Shown here: piece after piece, positions 50,803 through 63,090 of the stretch
How positions within the stretch are numbered: the first letter of the stretch is position 1
Layout of the letters: each line of letters begins with the position of its first letter
Assembly (NCBI RefSeq): GCF_018977255.1
Contig: NW_024704742.1
Coordinates: forward strand, 121,212,001-121,276,000
Source of the DNA: Callorhinchus milii
Lineage: Eukaryota
Direction of reading: 5' to 3'
DNA: 64,000 nucleotides
Made by a program: the position numbers and the translations under genes
Notes under the pieces: generated by a model
What the model saw: the letters and a program-made list of their open reading frames with translations, nothing else
The model's database searches: none
Told to the model about the DNA's origin: nothing

Positions 50803-51690
50803 TAACAACAACAACAACAACTTGGATTTATATAGCGCCCTCCAAGCCGGACGGCGTCTCAGAGCACTTTACAGTAACGGATCCCCAGGGCCGAGATAGG
50901 GGGAGAAAGGTAACCAAAGGCGCGATCAAAAAAAAAAGGTCTTAAGCAGAGCCCGGAAAATGGGAAGGGAGAGAGCGAGGCGAAGGGAGTGAGGAAGGAA
51001 GTTCCAAAGCCTCGGGGCTTAGTGGCTGAAGGCACGGCCGCCAAGGGTGAAGCGGAGGACTCAGGTGACGAGGAGGAGGCCAGACCCAGAGGAACGAAGG
51101 CAACGGGTACTGTTTTGAGGAGAGAGGAGGTCAGAGAGGTAGGGGGGTGCAGAGGAGTGCAGGGACTTGAATACAAGGGTGAGGGTCTTGAAATCGATCC
51201 TCTCTAGGATAGGCAGCCAGTGCAGTCTGGCAAGGACTGGGGTGATCGGGGAGCGGAGTTTCGTGCAGGTGAGAATGCGGGCAGCAGAGTTTTGAATGAT
51301 TTGGATTTTATGGATGGTAATGAATGGGAGACCGGCGAGGAGGGCATTAGAGTAGACCAACCAAGAGGTGACAAAGGCATGGACCAGGATTTCAGTGGCT
51401 TTTGGGGAGAGGTATTGGTGGAGATGGGCAATGCGTCGGAGGTGGAAGAAGGCGGTGCTGGTGAGGGACCAGATGTGGCGGAGGAAGGATAATTGGGGGT
51501 CGAACCTGATGCCTAGGTTGCGCATGGGTTCGGAGAGTTTTAGGAGGAGGTCGGGTAGGTGGAGGAAGTGAGAGCCATGAGATTTTAGACGTTGATGAGA
51601 GCCAAAGAGTATGAGAAGATAATGAGAAGGGAGTAGGTACTGAGCGGGGAGAATGCATTATGGAGAAGTGATACTCAATGAAGGTAAATA
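50803..51690 (-). mobile_element. L2 LINE 3' part (subfamily B)
   Basis: MRNLGIRFDPQLSF...HAFVTSWLVYSNALL...LHWLPILERIDFK; (CAA)n tail. Confidence 0.93.
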
Positions 51691-52069
51691 CCAAAATCTA
51701 ATTTGAGACTTGTGTAAACTGGTGTGTATTATACACCATCTGCAAACCACCATGTGTTCTGATATCCTGCCCAACAATCCTCTGCATAAAATTGGTCATT
51801 TACTTCATGTTTGTGTATCACTGTTGTAGGCAAATTTGTTGCTGCAATACCCTACAAATATCTAGTCACTACACTTTAAAGCAATTCCCTGTGAAGTACT
51901 TTGAGACATTTCAACAACAATAACAAGTTGGATTATATAGCGCCTTTCACATGGTGTAAGGTCTCGGAGTGCTTCTAAGGTACCTTTGATGAAATGCAAG
52001 GATTATTATTATTGCACAGGGAATTACAGGTACCTTTGAGCATGTAGTTGGCAACTCATGAAATGGAAG

Positions 52070-52190
52070 CTGTTGAGAAGATAAAGGTATTATAGACAGA
52101 AGGGTATTAAAAAGAGGGTATTGAGAAAAGGAGGTATTGGAGAGAGTATAGTGTTGAGAAGATGAGGGTACTGAGACAAGGGTATTAATT
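52070..52190. repeat. Degenerate minisatellite, ~14-18-nt unit like GAGAAGANGAGGGTATT
   Basis: About 7 ggtatt/ggtact-type units separated by gagaa/gaga. Confidence 0.65.
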
Positions 52191-52864
52191 AGAGCAGGTT
52201 CAGTGTGGCACCGGTAGTTTGCTATACATTGTCACTTGGGACTGGCAAGCTGTGCTTAAATGGGCTGATGGGATAAAAAGAGAAAACGTATTTGGTGGGA
52301 ACTTAGTTTAATACAAAACATAGATGCCAGAATGACTCTCAGTTTCAAATAATGTTGAGCCTTTTGATTTTGTGTGAGCCTTGCTTTAGTTTCCATACTG
52401 AATTCATTGCATTTTTCTCCCCAACATTTCATTGTTTCCAGGAGGAGAGAATGCACAGGCCATGTAGGCCAGGTTGACTCTGACAGTCAGCCACTAAGAG
52501 GTGTTTGATAATCTCATTTGTTTGATAATCTCTTTGTGTCTGGATGGGTTACATTGCCACTTGATGCCTACTGCTGTCGGCACCATTCAAATGTGGAATT
52601 CACTCTTTGGAGAATCACAGATGCCAACTAAGCCGGTGTCCTCATAACATGCACACAAATTTGTGATAAGTTCTATATAGGTTTTGTGACAAAAAGGGTT
52701 GTAACAAGTTTGTTGCATTCACATAGGCATTTTACAGCAGTTGAAACATCCTCCATTTACTAATTTGAAATTGCAATATTTAATTTTTTTAAACTGCTTT
52801 TTAAAAAAAACTAATCTTTCACCTCTTGTGTTTCAAAGATAAGTCTTTTTCTGCTAAGATAAAG

Positions 52865-53335
52865 CCTTCAAGGTCCTCCACAGCCTTGCTCTTTCCTACC
52901 TCTGAAACCTGCTAACCCCATACAACAACAACAACAACAACAAATTACATTTGTATAGCGCCCTTCACGTCAGAAAGATATATCAACCTGTCCGCTCCCT
53001 CCGCACAGCAAGCTGCGGCCTGCTCCATGTTCCCCACCCGACCCTCCTCCTCATTGGTGGTAGGGCATTCAGCCTCTCTTCCCCCACCCTTTGGAACGCC
53101 ATCCCACATTCCCTTCACCTCTCTCCCTCCCTTGTCTCTTTCAAGGCTCATCTCAAGACCCTCCTCTTTGAGCATGCCTTTGTCCACCCTCCTACCCTCC
53201 CTGCCATCCACCCTCCCTGAACCCAAACCCTCTCCCCCCCACCCCGCTCAGGTCCAAATCCCTGACTGTCCATCTCCTTGGGACATCCTCCCAACGTGAA
53301 AGGCGCTATACCAATATAACTTGGTATTTTGTATT
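52865..53335 (+). mobile_element. L2 LINE 3' end (subfamily A) carrying an antisense L2-tail micro-insertion
   Basis: YQPVRSLR...IGGRAFSLSSPTLWNAIP; insert at 52922-52977. Confidence 0.9.
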
Positions 53336-53349
53336 GTTAGATGTAAATG

Positions 53350-53440
53350 TCCTCTGGGAAATGAGTTGGCGGCAGTCTGGTTCACAGAGTAGAAATGTCA
53401 CCGGTTTGGCACAATTTGGTAGCAAGTTGTCAATGAGGGT
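53350..53440 (+). mobile_element. LF-SINE-like relic
   Basis: gaaatgagttggcggcagtctggttc...tgtcac...ttggcacaatttgg resembles the remembered LF-SINE core GAAATGAGTTGGTGGTCTCAGTCCAGTTCC...TTGGCACTAATTGG. Confidence 0.45.
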
Positions 53441-54599
53441 CTAAATAAAGTTTCTGAGTTGGAAATTGAGGCTCCTTCTAGTAACAAGAAATGTATCATG
53501 TCATAAGATGCCATTTCCAATTTGGAGTCCACATTAAGACATTATTCAATTAATCATATGTTTTAGATTTCAAGAAGTGACGAAATTCTACCTAGTCTTA
53601 GCCAGTAAGACGATTGTGTTTTAAAATTTAGGATTGAACAGAATAGAGGAAATTTTTTACACTTAACCTTAATTTGGAAGCCTACCCCACGTGAAGGTTG
53701 CTATATAAATGGAAATTGTTGTTGTTCATTTGGAAGCTGGTTCTTTTTCAGAGCAGTGAAAAAACAGCTGCTAAATTCAGACTGGATTCAAGAATATTTC
53801 ACAATTATGCACAATCTAAAATTTTAAAATGAAATAATTTTTCAGACTAAGACTAGGGGGGTCAATGATGCGAATTCCTGACCGTCGAGCGCTTTGGGAC
53901 GTCCAGCTGACGTGAAAGGCACTACAAATGTAATTTATTGTTGGTGGTGGTGTAGACCTATTCATTTTACAGACCTATTAGTTTTATGTTCTACCTACAA
54001 TTCTACCTAATTGAATGGGAACATTTGAAAATGTGATATGTAAATACCAAATAAAGTCACTCCCAAATATTAGAGACAGAGCTCCACTACCCATTGAACG
54101 TGCCAGAATTATCTTGCCATGTTTAAACTTTTAAAAATATTTTGTTTAATTAACTTTTTGCCAAACTTCATAAGATGTCATTTAACACAATGCCTGTTTA
54201 TGCCTGAGCTAAACTGAGCAAACATTTGAAGCTCATTGCATTTTTCCTCCCCTTGGATAAATACCACAATTTATTCTTCCAGAAATGCTCTTAGTCACAG
54301 AGTATATAGAAAGTACTTTGCTAAGACAGACTTTTAAAACTAAAACATTTGTAATAAAATTTCTCGCAAACAATTGCCATTTTTGATTCAATGCTTTATT
54401 GGTGAGCCATTAATTCTCCCCCAGTTTACAGACTGCAGAACTTATAAGTGGATGATTTCCCGTCTTTATTTACATCAGCCGTTTCACTTGTTCCAATGTA
54501 ATCCTTTATCATATGATATCAATAAAACAAAATATTATTGCTCAATTAATAACATGTGTCATGACTGCCTTTACTGCAATTCTCAATACAATTATTTAC

Positions 54600-54730
54600 T
54601 CTAGAAGAGTAAATTCCAGAAGATTGGGAAGGCCAACAAGCAGGGAGTTGATCTAGTCGAGCCTAGATGTGATGAACGCTTGAATGAGTGTTTCGGCGGC
54701 CTGAGAGGTGAGGCAGTGGTGGATGTTTCG
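54600..54730 (-). mobile_element. L2 internal fragment
   Basis: tagtcgagcctagatgtgatgaacgc reads AFITSRLDY on the minus strand. Confidence 0.75.
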
Positions 54731-55264
54731 ACTGTACTAAGAGCCCACAATGGATAGCAAATATGGTGAGTTACATTCCAGCCTGTTTTCACTGTGCTGG
54801 ACTATTGACTGAGCTCCCTTTTAAAATGGAAACTATGAAAATAATGTGGTAATTTACCAGTGTTATGTTTATAGCTTGGAGCCATTTTTTTGTGTTGATC
54901 CCTTCTTTATCCCAGACCTATGTACAGGCACTCAGAGGCTGACACATCATTAGCTACATGCAGAATGGAAACTAATGGATGGTAGAAGAGAAAAGGGAAT
55001 GCCTGAATTGCCCTTGGCAGATCTTTGGATCAGCCACGTGTCTGACACAGCAGGATGACCCAATACCATGATTGAGAGCTCCTTGTGAGCCACCTACACA
55101 TGGAAATTCCGATACGGGAATGACAATCATACTGCTGGAGCTTAACCAGCTAAATCCGCATAGCTTCTTGGCCTTTTGTAGTATATGTTCTTATCAGTTA
55201 CTCCTGGGGCTGTGCATCTGGAAGTGTTTCCACTTTGTGGTTCAGTTCCCAGGAGACCTTTCTC

Positions 55265-55360
55265 TCCCCTTCTGGTAGTACAGGGAATGTCATCAGACTG
55301 GGAAAGTGTCACCAGTGGAATTCCACAAGGGTCTGTTTTGGGAGCTCTTTTGTTTAATCT
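55265..55360 (+). mobile_element. CR1 RT internal fragment
   Basis: SDWESVTSGIPQGSVLGALLF motif. Confidence 0.75.
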
Positions 55361-55791
55361 TCTTCTATCTTCTATCTTCCTGTATACTAATAGAATAACA
55401 ATATCTATCTGTGCATCAAGAAGGATCTCAATTACCGATTGATGTAGAGACATGATTTATACCTCATAGGAAGGGTCTTGCATTGGGAGTGACATGGACA
55501 TATTTGTTTTTGGGTATCTCCTACCGTTTACAAGTTATTTTCAGGTTTGCGATTTTTGCTGCAATTACAAATGATGGTCGCCAAGTCAAAGTGGCGCTGT
55601 GGCATCCTGCGTCACAGAGCACGCATGTAGCCAAGCGATGGGAGCAAAATAAAGTATACAGACAAAGCTAAGCTACGCCAACAACAATAAAGTTACATTT
55701 TTAAAGTTCCGAGTCCTCCCACTGAGGCTTCCCAAAAGACGTCCTCCCAGATGAGTATAGATAAAAATGAAATGTCTGTCTGTCAGTCTGT

Positions 55792-56102
55792 CTGTAGCTC
55801 AGTGGTTAGAGCACTCGCTTTGCAAGCGAGACACCTGGGTTCAACTCCAGGCAGGGCGAAACCTTGGCCAAGTTTCCTTACTCCACACGCCTAATAATAA
55901 TCCCTCCAAAACAAAACAACAATTAATTGGTCATTTTCAATCCACGACTGTTTGTGGGACACTGGTGTGCGCAATTGGTTGCCGCATTTCGACCACAAAT
56001 GTACGGTCAATTCACTTTACAGTCTATTTTGTGAAGCAGGGGCTTTGAGATGTCGAGAAGATGTGAAAAGCGCTATATCAAATGCAAGGATTATTATTAT
56101 TA
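55792..56102 (+). mobile_element. Young tRNA-SINE, full-length short variant
   Basis: TAGCTCAGTGG / GGTTCAACTCC boxes; highly similar to 2550 and 37747. Confidence 0.92.
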
Positions 56103-57344
56103 TAGATAGTTTTCTTTTAGGAAATAACATTCTGGGATATAGTACATAGGTAGTTTGGGACATATGTGCAAGTGACCGCCAGAAAGGTGGAAGGTGAACT
56201 AGATGGACCTTGGTCTTTTTTCGTCTAGGATTTCTTAGTTTTTTTTTATAGCCCCTCATCATATTATCCTGTAAGGAGCTTTGGGATGTGTTCCCGATGT
56301 GAAAGGTGCTATACCAAATGCAAGGATTATTATTATTTGAACATTACCACTACTATATGAGTTGCTCAAGGTAACTTCAGACATTACATGCCCAACTAAA
56401 GTGACTGAACAAATGTTGGAGGTCCCCTTGATGCCCGAGCCTAAAACAATATGTGCTTGCAGTATATCAGAGAATGTTCCAATTGAGGACTAGTGCATAG
56501 ACGCCAAGTCCTACATTAAAAGAAATATGTCTCCCTTTCTTGGACTTATATGGGCTGTTCAGCTTTATTCCAGACATTGTGTACCCTCCTCAAGTGCTGA
56601 TGGAAAATCATTGCTTAAATTCAGTACCAGCGACTACTACTTTTCAACATGTCTGCATCATGACTACAATAGCAAACACCCTCCCCAGATATCCTGCTGG
56701 ATCCCAAAGGGAAGAGCTCACAGCTCATACAAAAAAAATACATGTTCAACACTGCAGGTATTTACATTTGACAGACAGTTGGGAATGTTAGTGTGGATAT
56801 TTCATGATTGACAGCTGTTAAGGGTGGTGGCCCAATAGTTATAGTATAACATATTTTTCTTTGCTGCACAAAAACCTCATTCACATGGCTGAAGCTCACT
56901 GCAGTTTGAGAGGTGCTTATATACTATGGCACAAGGGAGCCCTATTTCATATTTTTTGTGCCGTTGAAAAACAGAATTGTGTGCCTGTTACTGGTACAAA
57001 TCAATTTTATTTAACATTTGTAAAAGATATGTAACACTGGACTTTATTTCTTTACTGATTTTGAATTGTGTGCAGCTGTGCAATGAGAGACCATACAGGC
57101 GTTGAAAGTTGATGCATTAAAGATTTGATTAAAATTTGTGAAATTGTGGCTGAGACCCTGAGGTACACATTCTTTGGGAGTAAAAAAATTCTACAGTGAA
57201 ATTTAGAGAGACGGTAAGGATTCCCCCACAATTATAAGCTTTTTATTTGAAAGTTTGAAAAATTATATTAAATTAAATCAAACTAATAAAGTGGTCTCAA
57301 TTATTATTGATGCCCTGGACTGGTTTTCCTCAGGTCACATAGGT

Positions 57345-58065
57345 AATAACATAACAACAAAACAACAACAACAATAACTTGGATTTATATAGCGTCTCAG
57401 AGCGCTTTACAGTAAGGGATCTCGGGACCGAGCCAGGGGGAGGGGAAGGAAGGTGACCAAAGGCCCGGTCGAAAAGAAAGGTCTTCAGCAGAGACCTGAA
57501 AATAGGAAGGGAGGGAGCGAGGTGAAGGGAGTGAGGAAGTCAGTTCCAGAGCCTCGGAGCATAGTGGCTGAAGGCACGGCCGCCGAGGGTGGAGCAGAGG
57601 ACTCGGGGTACAAGGAGGAGGCCAGACCCGGAGGAACGAAGGCAACAGGTACTGTTTTGAGGAGAGAGGAGGTCAGAGAGGTAGGGGGGTGCAGAAGAGT
57701 GCAGGGACTTGAATACAAGGGTGAGGATCTTGAAATGGATCCTCTTTGGGATAGTCAGCAAGTGCAATCTGCAAGGACTGGGGGATCGGGGAGCAGAGTT
57801 TCGTGTGGGTGAGAATGCGGGCGGCAGAGTTTTGAATGATTTGGATTTTATGGATAGTAGTGGATGGGAGACCGGCGAGGAGGGCGTTAGAGTAGTCCAG
57901 CCGTGAGGTGACAAAGGCATGGACCAGTGTTTCAGTGGCTTTTGGGGAGAGGTATTGGCGGAGACGGGCGATGCGTCGGAGGTGGTCAAAGGCGGTGCTG
58001 GTGAGGGACCGGATGTGGGGGAGGAAGGATATTTGAATGGTCGAACCTGACACCTAGGTTGCGTC
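57345..58065 (-). mobile_element. L2 LINE 3' part (subfamily B)
   Basis: HAFVTSRLDYSNALLAGLP; highly similar to the copy at 50803. Confidence 0.93.
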
Positions 58066-58174
58066 ATAAAAATAAAGGTCTTCTTTTTCTTCAAGAAACA
58101 AGCTTTATTTGGAAGAAGTTTGCGATCTGAGTTGAAAGCGACTCTTGTATAATCATCTGCAGGTATTGCCATCA

Positions 58175-58615
58175 GAATAAGAACATAGAATCATAGAACA
58201 TCACAGCATAGAGAAAAGCCATTGAGCCCATTGTGTCTGTGAAAAGGCTATTCATTCAGTCCCATTTACCCGCCCTTTCCCCATACCGTTACCCATTACT
58301 CCTGTTTAGTTATCTGTCTTGCTCCCTGCTGAAAGCTAATATGGATTCTGCGACCACCGCAACCTAAGGAGTTCCAGGTCCTATTAGCCCTTGGTTTAAA
58401 AAAATATAATCCTAATCTCTTCCTTCGTTTCTGTTCTAATTATTTTAAATTGATGCCCTCCAGTCACAGACTCACTGACTAGTAGAAATAATTCCTGATT
58501 TACTCTATCAAAGACCATCATAATTTTAAGGATCTATATCAGGTTTCCCCTCAACCGTCTCTGGCCCAGTTTCTCCAGTCTCTGCTCATAGGTCAAATCA
58601 TTCATCTTTGGTATC
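58175..58615 (-). mobile_element. CR1 LINE 3' end
   Basis: catagaatcatagaacatcacagc terminus; ttttaaattgatgccctc (GHQFK on the minus strand). Confidence 0.75.
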
Positions 58616-58664
58616 CATTTGCACATTGGGTGCCAAACTAATACTGTGCATGTTGAGTTAGACC

Positions 58665-59640
58665 AATACAATACAATACAAAATTACATTTGTTAAAGCG
58701 CCTTTCATGTTGGGAGGACATCCCAAGGCACTGGACAGTCAGGGATTTGGACCCCAGCGGGGGCGGGGAGGTAGAGATCAGGGAGAGTGCAGGATAGAGA
58801 GTGTAGGAGGGTGGTCAAAGGCACGGTCAAAGAGAATGGTCTTGAGGTGCGCCCTGAAAGAAGCAAGGAAGAGAAAGAGGCAAAGGGAATGTGGGATGGA
58901 GTCCCAAAGGATGGAGGCAGAGAGGCTGAAGGCCCGACCACCGATATTGGGATGGGCCTGGTGGGGACCATGGGGCAGGCCGGAGCCTGCTGAGTGAAGG
59001 GAGGGGACAGGTTGATATGGGGTTAGCAGGTCACAGAGGTAAGAAGGGCCTTGAAGGCGAGGATGAAGATTTTGAACTCTATCTTCTGGGGATGGGGAGC
59101 CAGTGGAGCCAGGGGAAGGTGGGGGTTAATGGATCACAGAGCCTATTGTGGGAGAGGAATGAGCTGCAGAGTTCTGGATGATCTGCAGCTTGTGGAGGGA
59201 AGAGTTGGGAAGGCAGGGCATTGGGGTAGTCAAGCCTAGATGTGTTGAACACATGAATGAGGGTTTCGGCGGCCTGAGGGGTAAGGCCTTGGTGGAGCCG
59301 GGCAATGTTGCGGAGGTGAGGGAAGCCAGAGCAGTTCATGGAATGGATGTGGGGTAGAGAAGATAGTTGAGGGTCAAACAAGATGTCTAGGTTCTGGACT
59401 GGCTCAGTGAGCTGGAGTGTGCATTCTTGGATGGTGATGTTGTCAGCCCTTGAGGTGTGCAAGCGTTGACAGGAGCCATTCAGAAGAGCCTCCGTCTGGT
59501 TGACGTTCAACTGTAGAACGTTAGCTCTCATTCAGGACTTGACTTTTGACAGACATTCTGGTCCTGGAGTCAAGGGTGGAGGCAGAGAGATAGAGTTGTG
59601 TGTCATCCGCATACATATGGAAGTTCATCCCATGTCTGCA
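58665..59640 (-). mobile_element. L2 LINE 3' part (subfamily A)
   Basis: gtgtcatccgcatacatatgg reads HMYADDT on the minus strand; MRANVLQLNVNQTEALL. Confidence 0.92.
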
Positions 59641-59769
59641 TTGTATTGTATTATGCCGATTGACCTTCTATGCACTTTATGTATATTTCAGATATCCAGC
59701 ATTTAATAAAGTTTGAAAAGCCACAGCTCATTTCCTGTATTTGATGCACAGAAAAGACTTTCAGGATTG

Positions 59770-59970
59770 TATATTAGGGATCAGGAACAGGGATCAGGAG
59801 CAGTCACCCTGTCTCTCTAGCCCAAGTGGGCAGAGGCCTATTTATTGTACTAACAAAATTGGTGCCCCCAACTGAGATTGTCTAATTCGGCAACTAGTTT
59901 TCAACTGGCATCTTACTGACCTGCATGTCTCAGTGGTTTTATTGACAGAGATTATACCCACTGGGTCACC
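59770..59970 (-). mobile_element. AmnSINE2-like SINE 5' half
   Basis: gatcaggagc...ctagcccaag...aactgagattgtctaattcggca...acccactggg. Confidence 0.55.
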
Positions 59971-60204
59971 ATACAATCCCAGGCATTGTTATTTCAGGAA
60001 ATGTTGCTTGTACCACCACTAAAAGCATGATCTTAAATTCAATAAATTTAAGTTCAATAAATTTAATATAATCCATTAGATGGAGAGAATAGAATGTTAA
60101 TTGAAACCAATCTATGAAGTCCATGCAAAATTCATAGGTTTATGAAAAACATCTCATCAAAGTATTTTGAAAACACAAATCTGAAAATAGGAGAATAATT
60201 ACTT

Positions 60205-60330
60205 AAGATTTGATATCTTACCTGACCTGTTGCAATTTTCAACACTCTTAACTATGGCCTACTGAAAAGAGGCAGATTGCTGGAAGATAAAGTTCAGCGA
60301 TTTGATTTGAAGCAATTCCAGAAATTCTAA
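60205..60330 (+). pseudogene. Possible decayed hAT (Buster/Charlie-type) transposase fragment
   Basis: Frameshifted SYL...NTLNYGLL...LLEDKVQRF resembles the hAT motif AYLxDIFxxLNxLNxxLQ...DKVxAF. Confidence 0.3.
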
Positions 60331-60504
60331 TAACCCAGAGAAGGAATTGAGGAAGAAGCCAGCAATTCTTAATAATACATTCTTTCTGACAGATGGGTTT
60401 ACGTGAGAAGTCATCACTGGTAATGGCTAAGATATAACTGGATAAAAAAGGAAATTAATTGTAATATATACTCCTACAGAAGGAAACAAACAATAGTATA
60501 AAGA

Positions 60505-60855
60505 ATGACTTGCATTTTTATAGAACCTAATCATGTGGAAAAATCGCAAAATGTTCCATAAGTAATTACTCTCGAGTTCAGTGACTCTTTTTGTAGGAAA
60601 GATAAGGTTCCACGTCAGTCCATGTCCAACTCAGCAAAGTTCCACAAGCTGTCAAGTGGTGAAAGACCAATTAATCTGGAGGATTGCTGGCCAAGACTTT
60701 GGGAGAAAATTTCTTTTGGAATAGTGTTAGAATCTACTTGAGAAGACAAACAGGACATTGGTTTATGTCTCATTCAAAAGCCCATGCCTGGGGCAACAAA
60801 GAACCCTCCCAGTATTGTACGGGAGTGGCAGCCTAGACTTTGAGATCACGTTTCA
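60505..60855 (-). mobile_element. Old Deu-domain SINE
   Basis: tgacttgcatt tail; ctggccaagac; gtctcattcaaaag; ggagtggcagcctagac. Confidence 0.65.
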
Positions 60856-61044
60856 AAGTTAGTGAAGGTAACACACAATGTTATGTCAGTTGCTAAATGT
60901 CAACTATCCTACACACAGTTTCTAACTTTAAGAATACTAACGAGAAGTTTCTCTAGTGGTAACGAGTACTTACCTGTTTCCAGAACATAAGGCATCACTG
61001 AGCAAGAAAAAGTCATTCATCCCATCATACAAATGTAAAATGGT

Positions 61045-61600
61045 ACACCACAGAAACAGACAATTCAGCCCATTAATTCTGGGCTGGTGTTTTTTTCCCA
61101 TTAGAAACGGGAAATGGGATACCACTCATGATAACTTAGAACTTTATCCCCCCGAATCATGCTTGTTTTTTTCTCAGAACTCTGTCCAACATTCCAGTGG
61201 TCTTCAGAGGATAGAGTACGCATACAATTCTGAATGTGGCTTCATTGGTGATCTATACATAGCTTTTCTCAATTTATTGTCAAATGCTCTTGAGAAGCAA
61301 CTTAGTATTTGATTGGCTTTGTTGCCACAACTTCATATTAACTGGAAACCTTCAATGAATGATTAATAATTACACCCAAATCCAGTATACACATTTGTTT
61401 GTTTCTTGTTCCATTATGCATTATTTTTCCTTTATCTACAACAAAATGTATCTTTTTGTCCCTTCTGCTTCATTGGTCCAGCTCTTCCGAAGTGTTATTC
61501 CTCTTCCTATTCACCTGGCTACACAGTTTGATGTCATCAACAATGTTTATAATAATACCGGAGGTGCTCCTCCTAAAATTCATGCCCAAATAGTGTGAAC
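61045..61600 (-). mobile_element. Old CR1 RT fragment
   Basis: gtttgatgtcatcaaca (FxDDxK-like on the minus strand), caattctgaatgtggc (PHSE), ttggctttgttgccac. Confidence 0.6.
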
Positions 61601-61634
61601 AGTGAGAGAACCAAGTAGAATTCCTGGATGAATG

Positions 61635-61985
61635 TCTATGGCCTTGTCCCTTCCCACCTCTCCGACCTGCTAACCGCTTATCAACCTGTCCGCTCCTTCT
61701 GCTCAGCAGACTCCGGCCTGTTCCATGTATCCCTCCCGGCCTGCCCCACCATCAGCGTTCGGGCCTTCAGCATCTCTGCCCCCACCCTCTGGAATTCCAT
61801 CCCACATTCCCTTCGTCTCGCTCCCTCCCTTTCCTCTTTCAAGGCATGCCTCAAGACCCTCCTCTTCGACCGTGCCTTTGACCACCCACCTACCCCACCC
61901 CCCGGCTCAGGTCCTAATCCCCGACTGGGACATCCTCGACGTGAAAGGCACTTTACAAATATAATTTTGTAATGTATTGTATTAT
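61635..61985 (+). mobile_element. L2 LINE 3' end (subfamily A)
   Basis: RAFSISAPTLWNSIPHSLRLAPSLSSFKACLKTLLF. Confidence 0.92.
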
Positions 61986-62009
61986 GGCAGCAATAAATAA
62001 AATGATGAA

Positions 62010-62285
62010 ATACTTCCTTTAGATGAAATGTTAAACCAAGGTTTCATCTGCCTGTTCAGGAGGAAGTTAAAAATGCCATAGCACTATTCAAAAAGAGAAG
62101 GGAATTTATTTTGGTGTCCTGACCAATCATCCACCAGATAAAATTTGTCATTCACTTCATAATGGTTTGTGGGACATTGCTGTGGCAAATTGGCTGCCAG
62201 CTTTGCCTACAAAATACAGCAGAAGCGCTTGAGACATCCTCCCAATGTAAAAGGCATTACATCAAATGCAAGGATTATTATAATT
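62010..62285 (+). mobile_element. Deu-domain SINE 3' part
   Basis: agatgaaatgttaaaccaagg...ctgcctgttcagg core and tail. Confidence 0.8.
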
Positions 62286-62524
62286 ATCAAAATCGGCAAA
62301 ATATGTTAAATGAGCTTTCAGCAATAGGGTGCTATCCTTTTTTAAAAAATATGTGACTCATACAATTCTATAATAATAATAATTTGACATAGCGCCTTAT
62401 TACATTGTTGAGATGTCTCAAAGAGCTTCATAGAATATATTGTAAAGTGAATTGACTGTATATTTTGTGGGTGACACCACATATTCTACTAAAATTAATG
62501 GGTCTTTGTAAAATGGTGTGATCT

Positions 62525-63090
62525 GACCATCTGGAGTACTGCGTTCAGGTTTGGGCACTGCACCTCAGGAAGGCTATATTGTCTGTGGAGGGGGTGCAGC
62601 GCAGATTCACCAGAATGATACCACGGCTTAAAGGGTTCAATTATGAGGACAGGTTGCATAAACTTGGTCTGTATTCCCTTAAGTTTAGAAGGTTGACGGG
62701 TGATCTGATTGAGGTTTTGAAAATAATAAAGGGATTTGATATGGTAGATACAGGGAAACTATTTCCTCTGGCGGGGGAATCCAGAACAAATGGGTATGAT
62801 TTTGAAATTAGAGTTAGGCCAATTAGGAGTGAAATTAGGAGGCTGTTTTTCACCCAAAGGGTAGTGGAAATCTGGAGCTCTCTTCCCCAAAAGGCTGTGG
62901 ATACTGGATCCATTCACATCTTCAAGACTGAGGTGGATAGATATTTGTTAGGTCAGGGTATTAAGGGATACGGGGCAAGGGCGGGTAATTGGATTTGAGG
63001 TACAGATCAGCCATGATCTTACAGTGTAGCAGAGCAGGCTCCAGGGATTGAATGGCCTTCTCCTGTTTCTGCGTTTTCGTGTTTCTATGC
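62525..63090 (+). mobile_element. CR1 LINE 3' end, relatively young (open 139-aa RT C-terminus)
   Basis: EGVQRRFTRMIP...LYSLKFRRLTGDLIEVLKI...FFTQRVVEIWSSLP; 3' UTR gaatggccttctcctg. Confidence 0.93.

Noticed and set aside
52502..52538. Short tandem duplications (also ~60038-60067 and ~27815-27835)
   Set aside because: Ordinary replication-slippage duplicates.
56527..56811. Two overlapping open frames with a possible AG...GT exon
   Set aside because: Weak donor (gtattt), no homology recognised; compatible with chance.
57540..58172. 210-aa ORF and other long ORFs (19800-20387, 13143-13655, 4298-4786, 51061-51525)
   Set aside because: They overlap L2 sequence or low-complexity tracts: off-frame, antisense or broken RT, not host genes.
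60970..60997. Minus-strand 24-nt micro-exon-like signal (ttcttgctcag...CAG|gtaagt)
   Set aside because: Isolated, next to a decayed CR1, and expected by chance in 64 kb.
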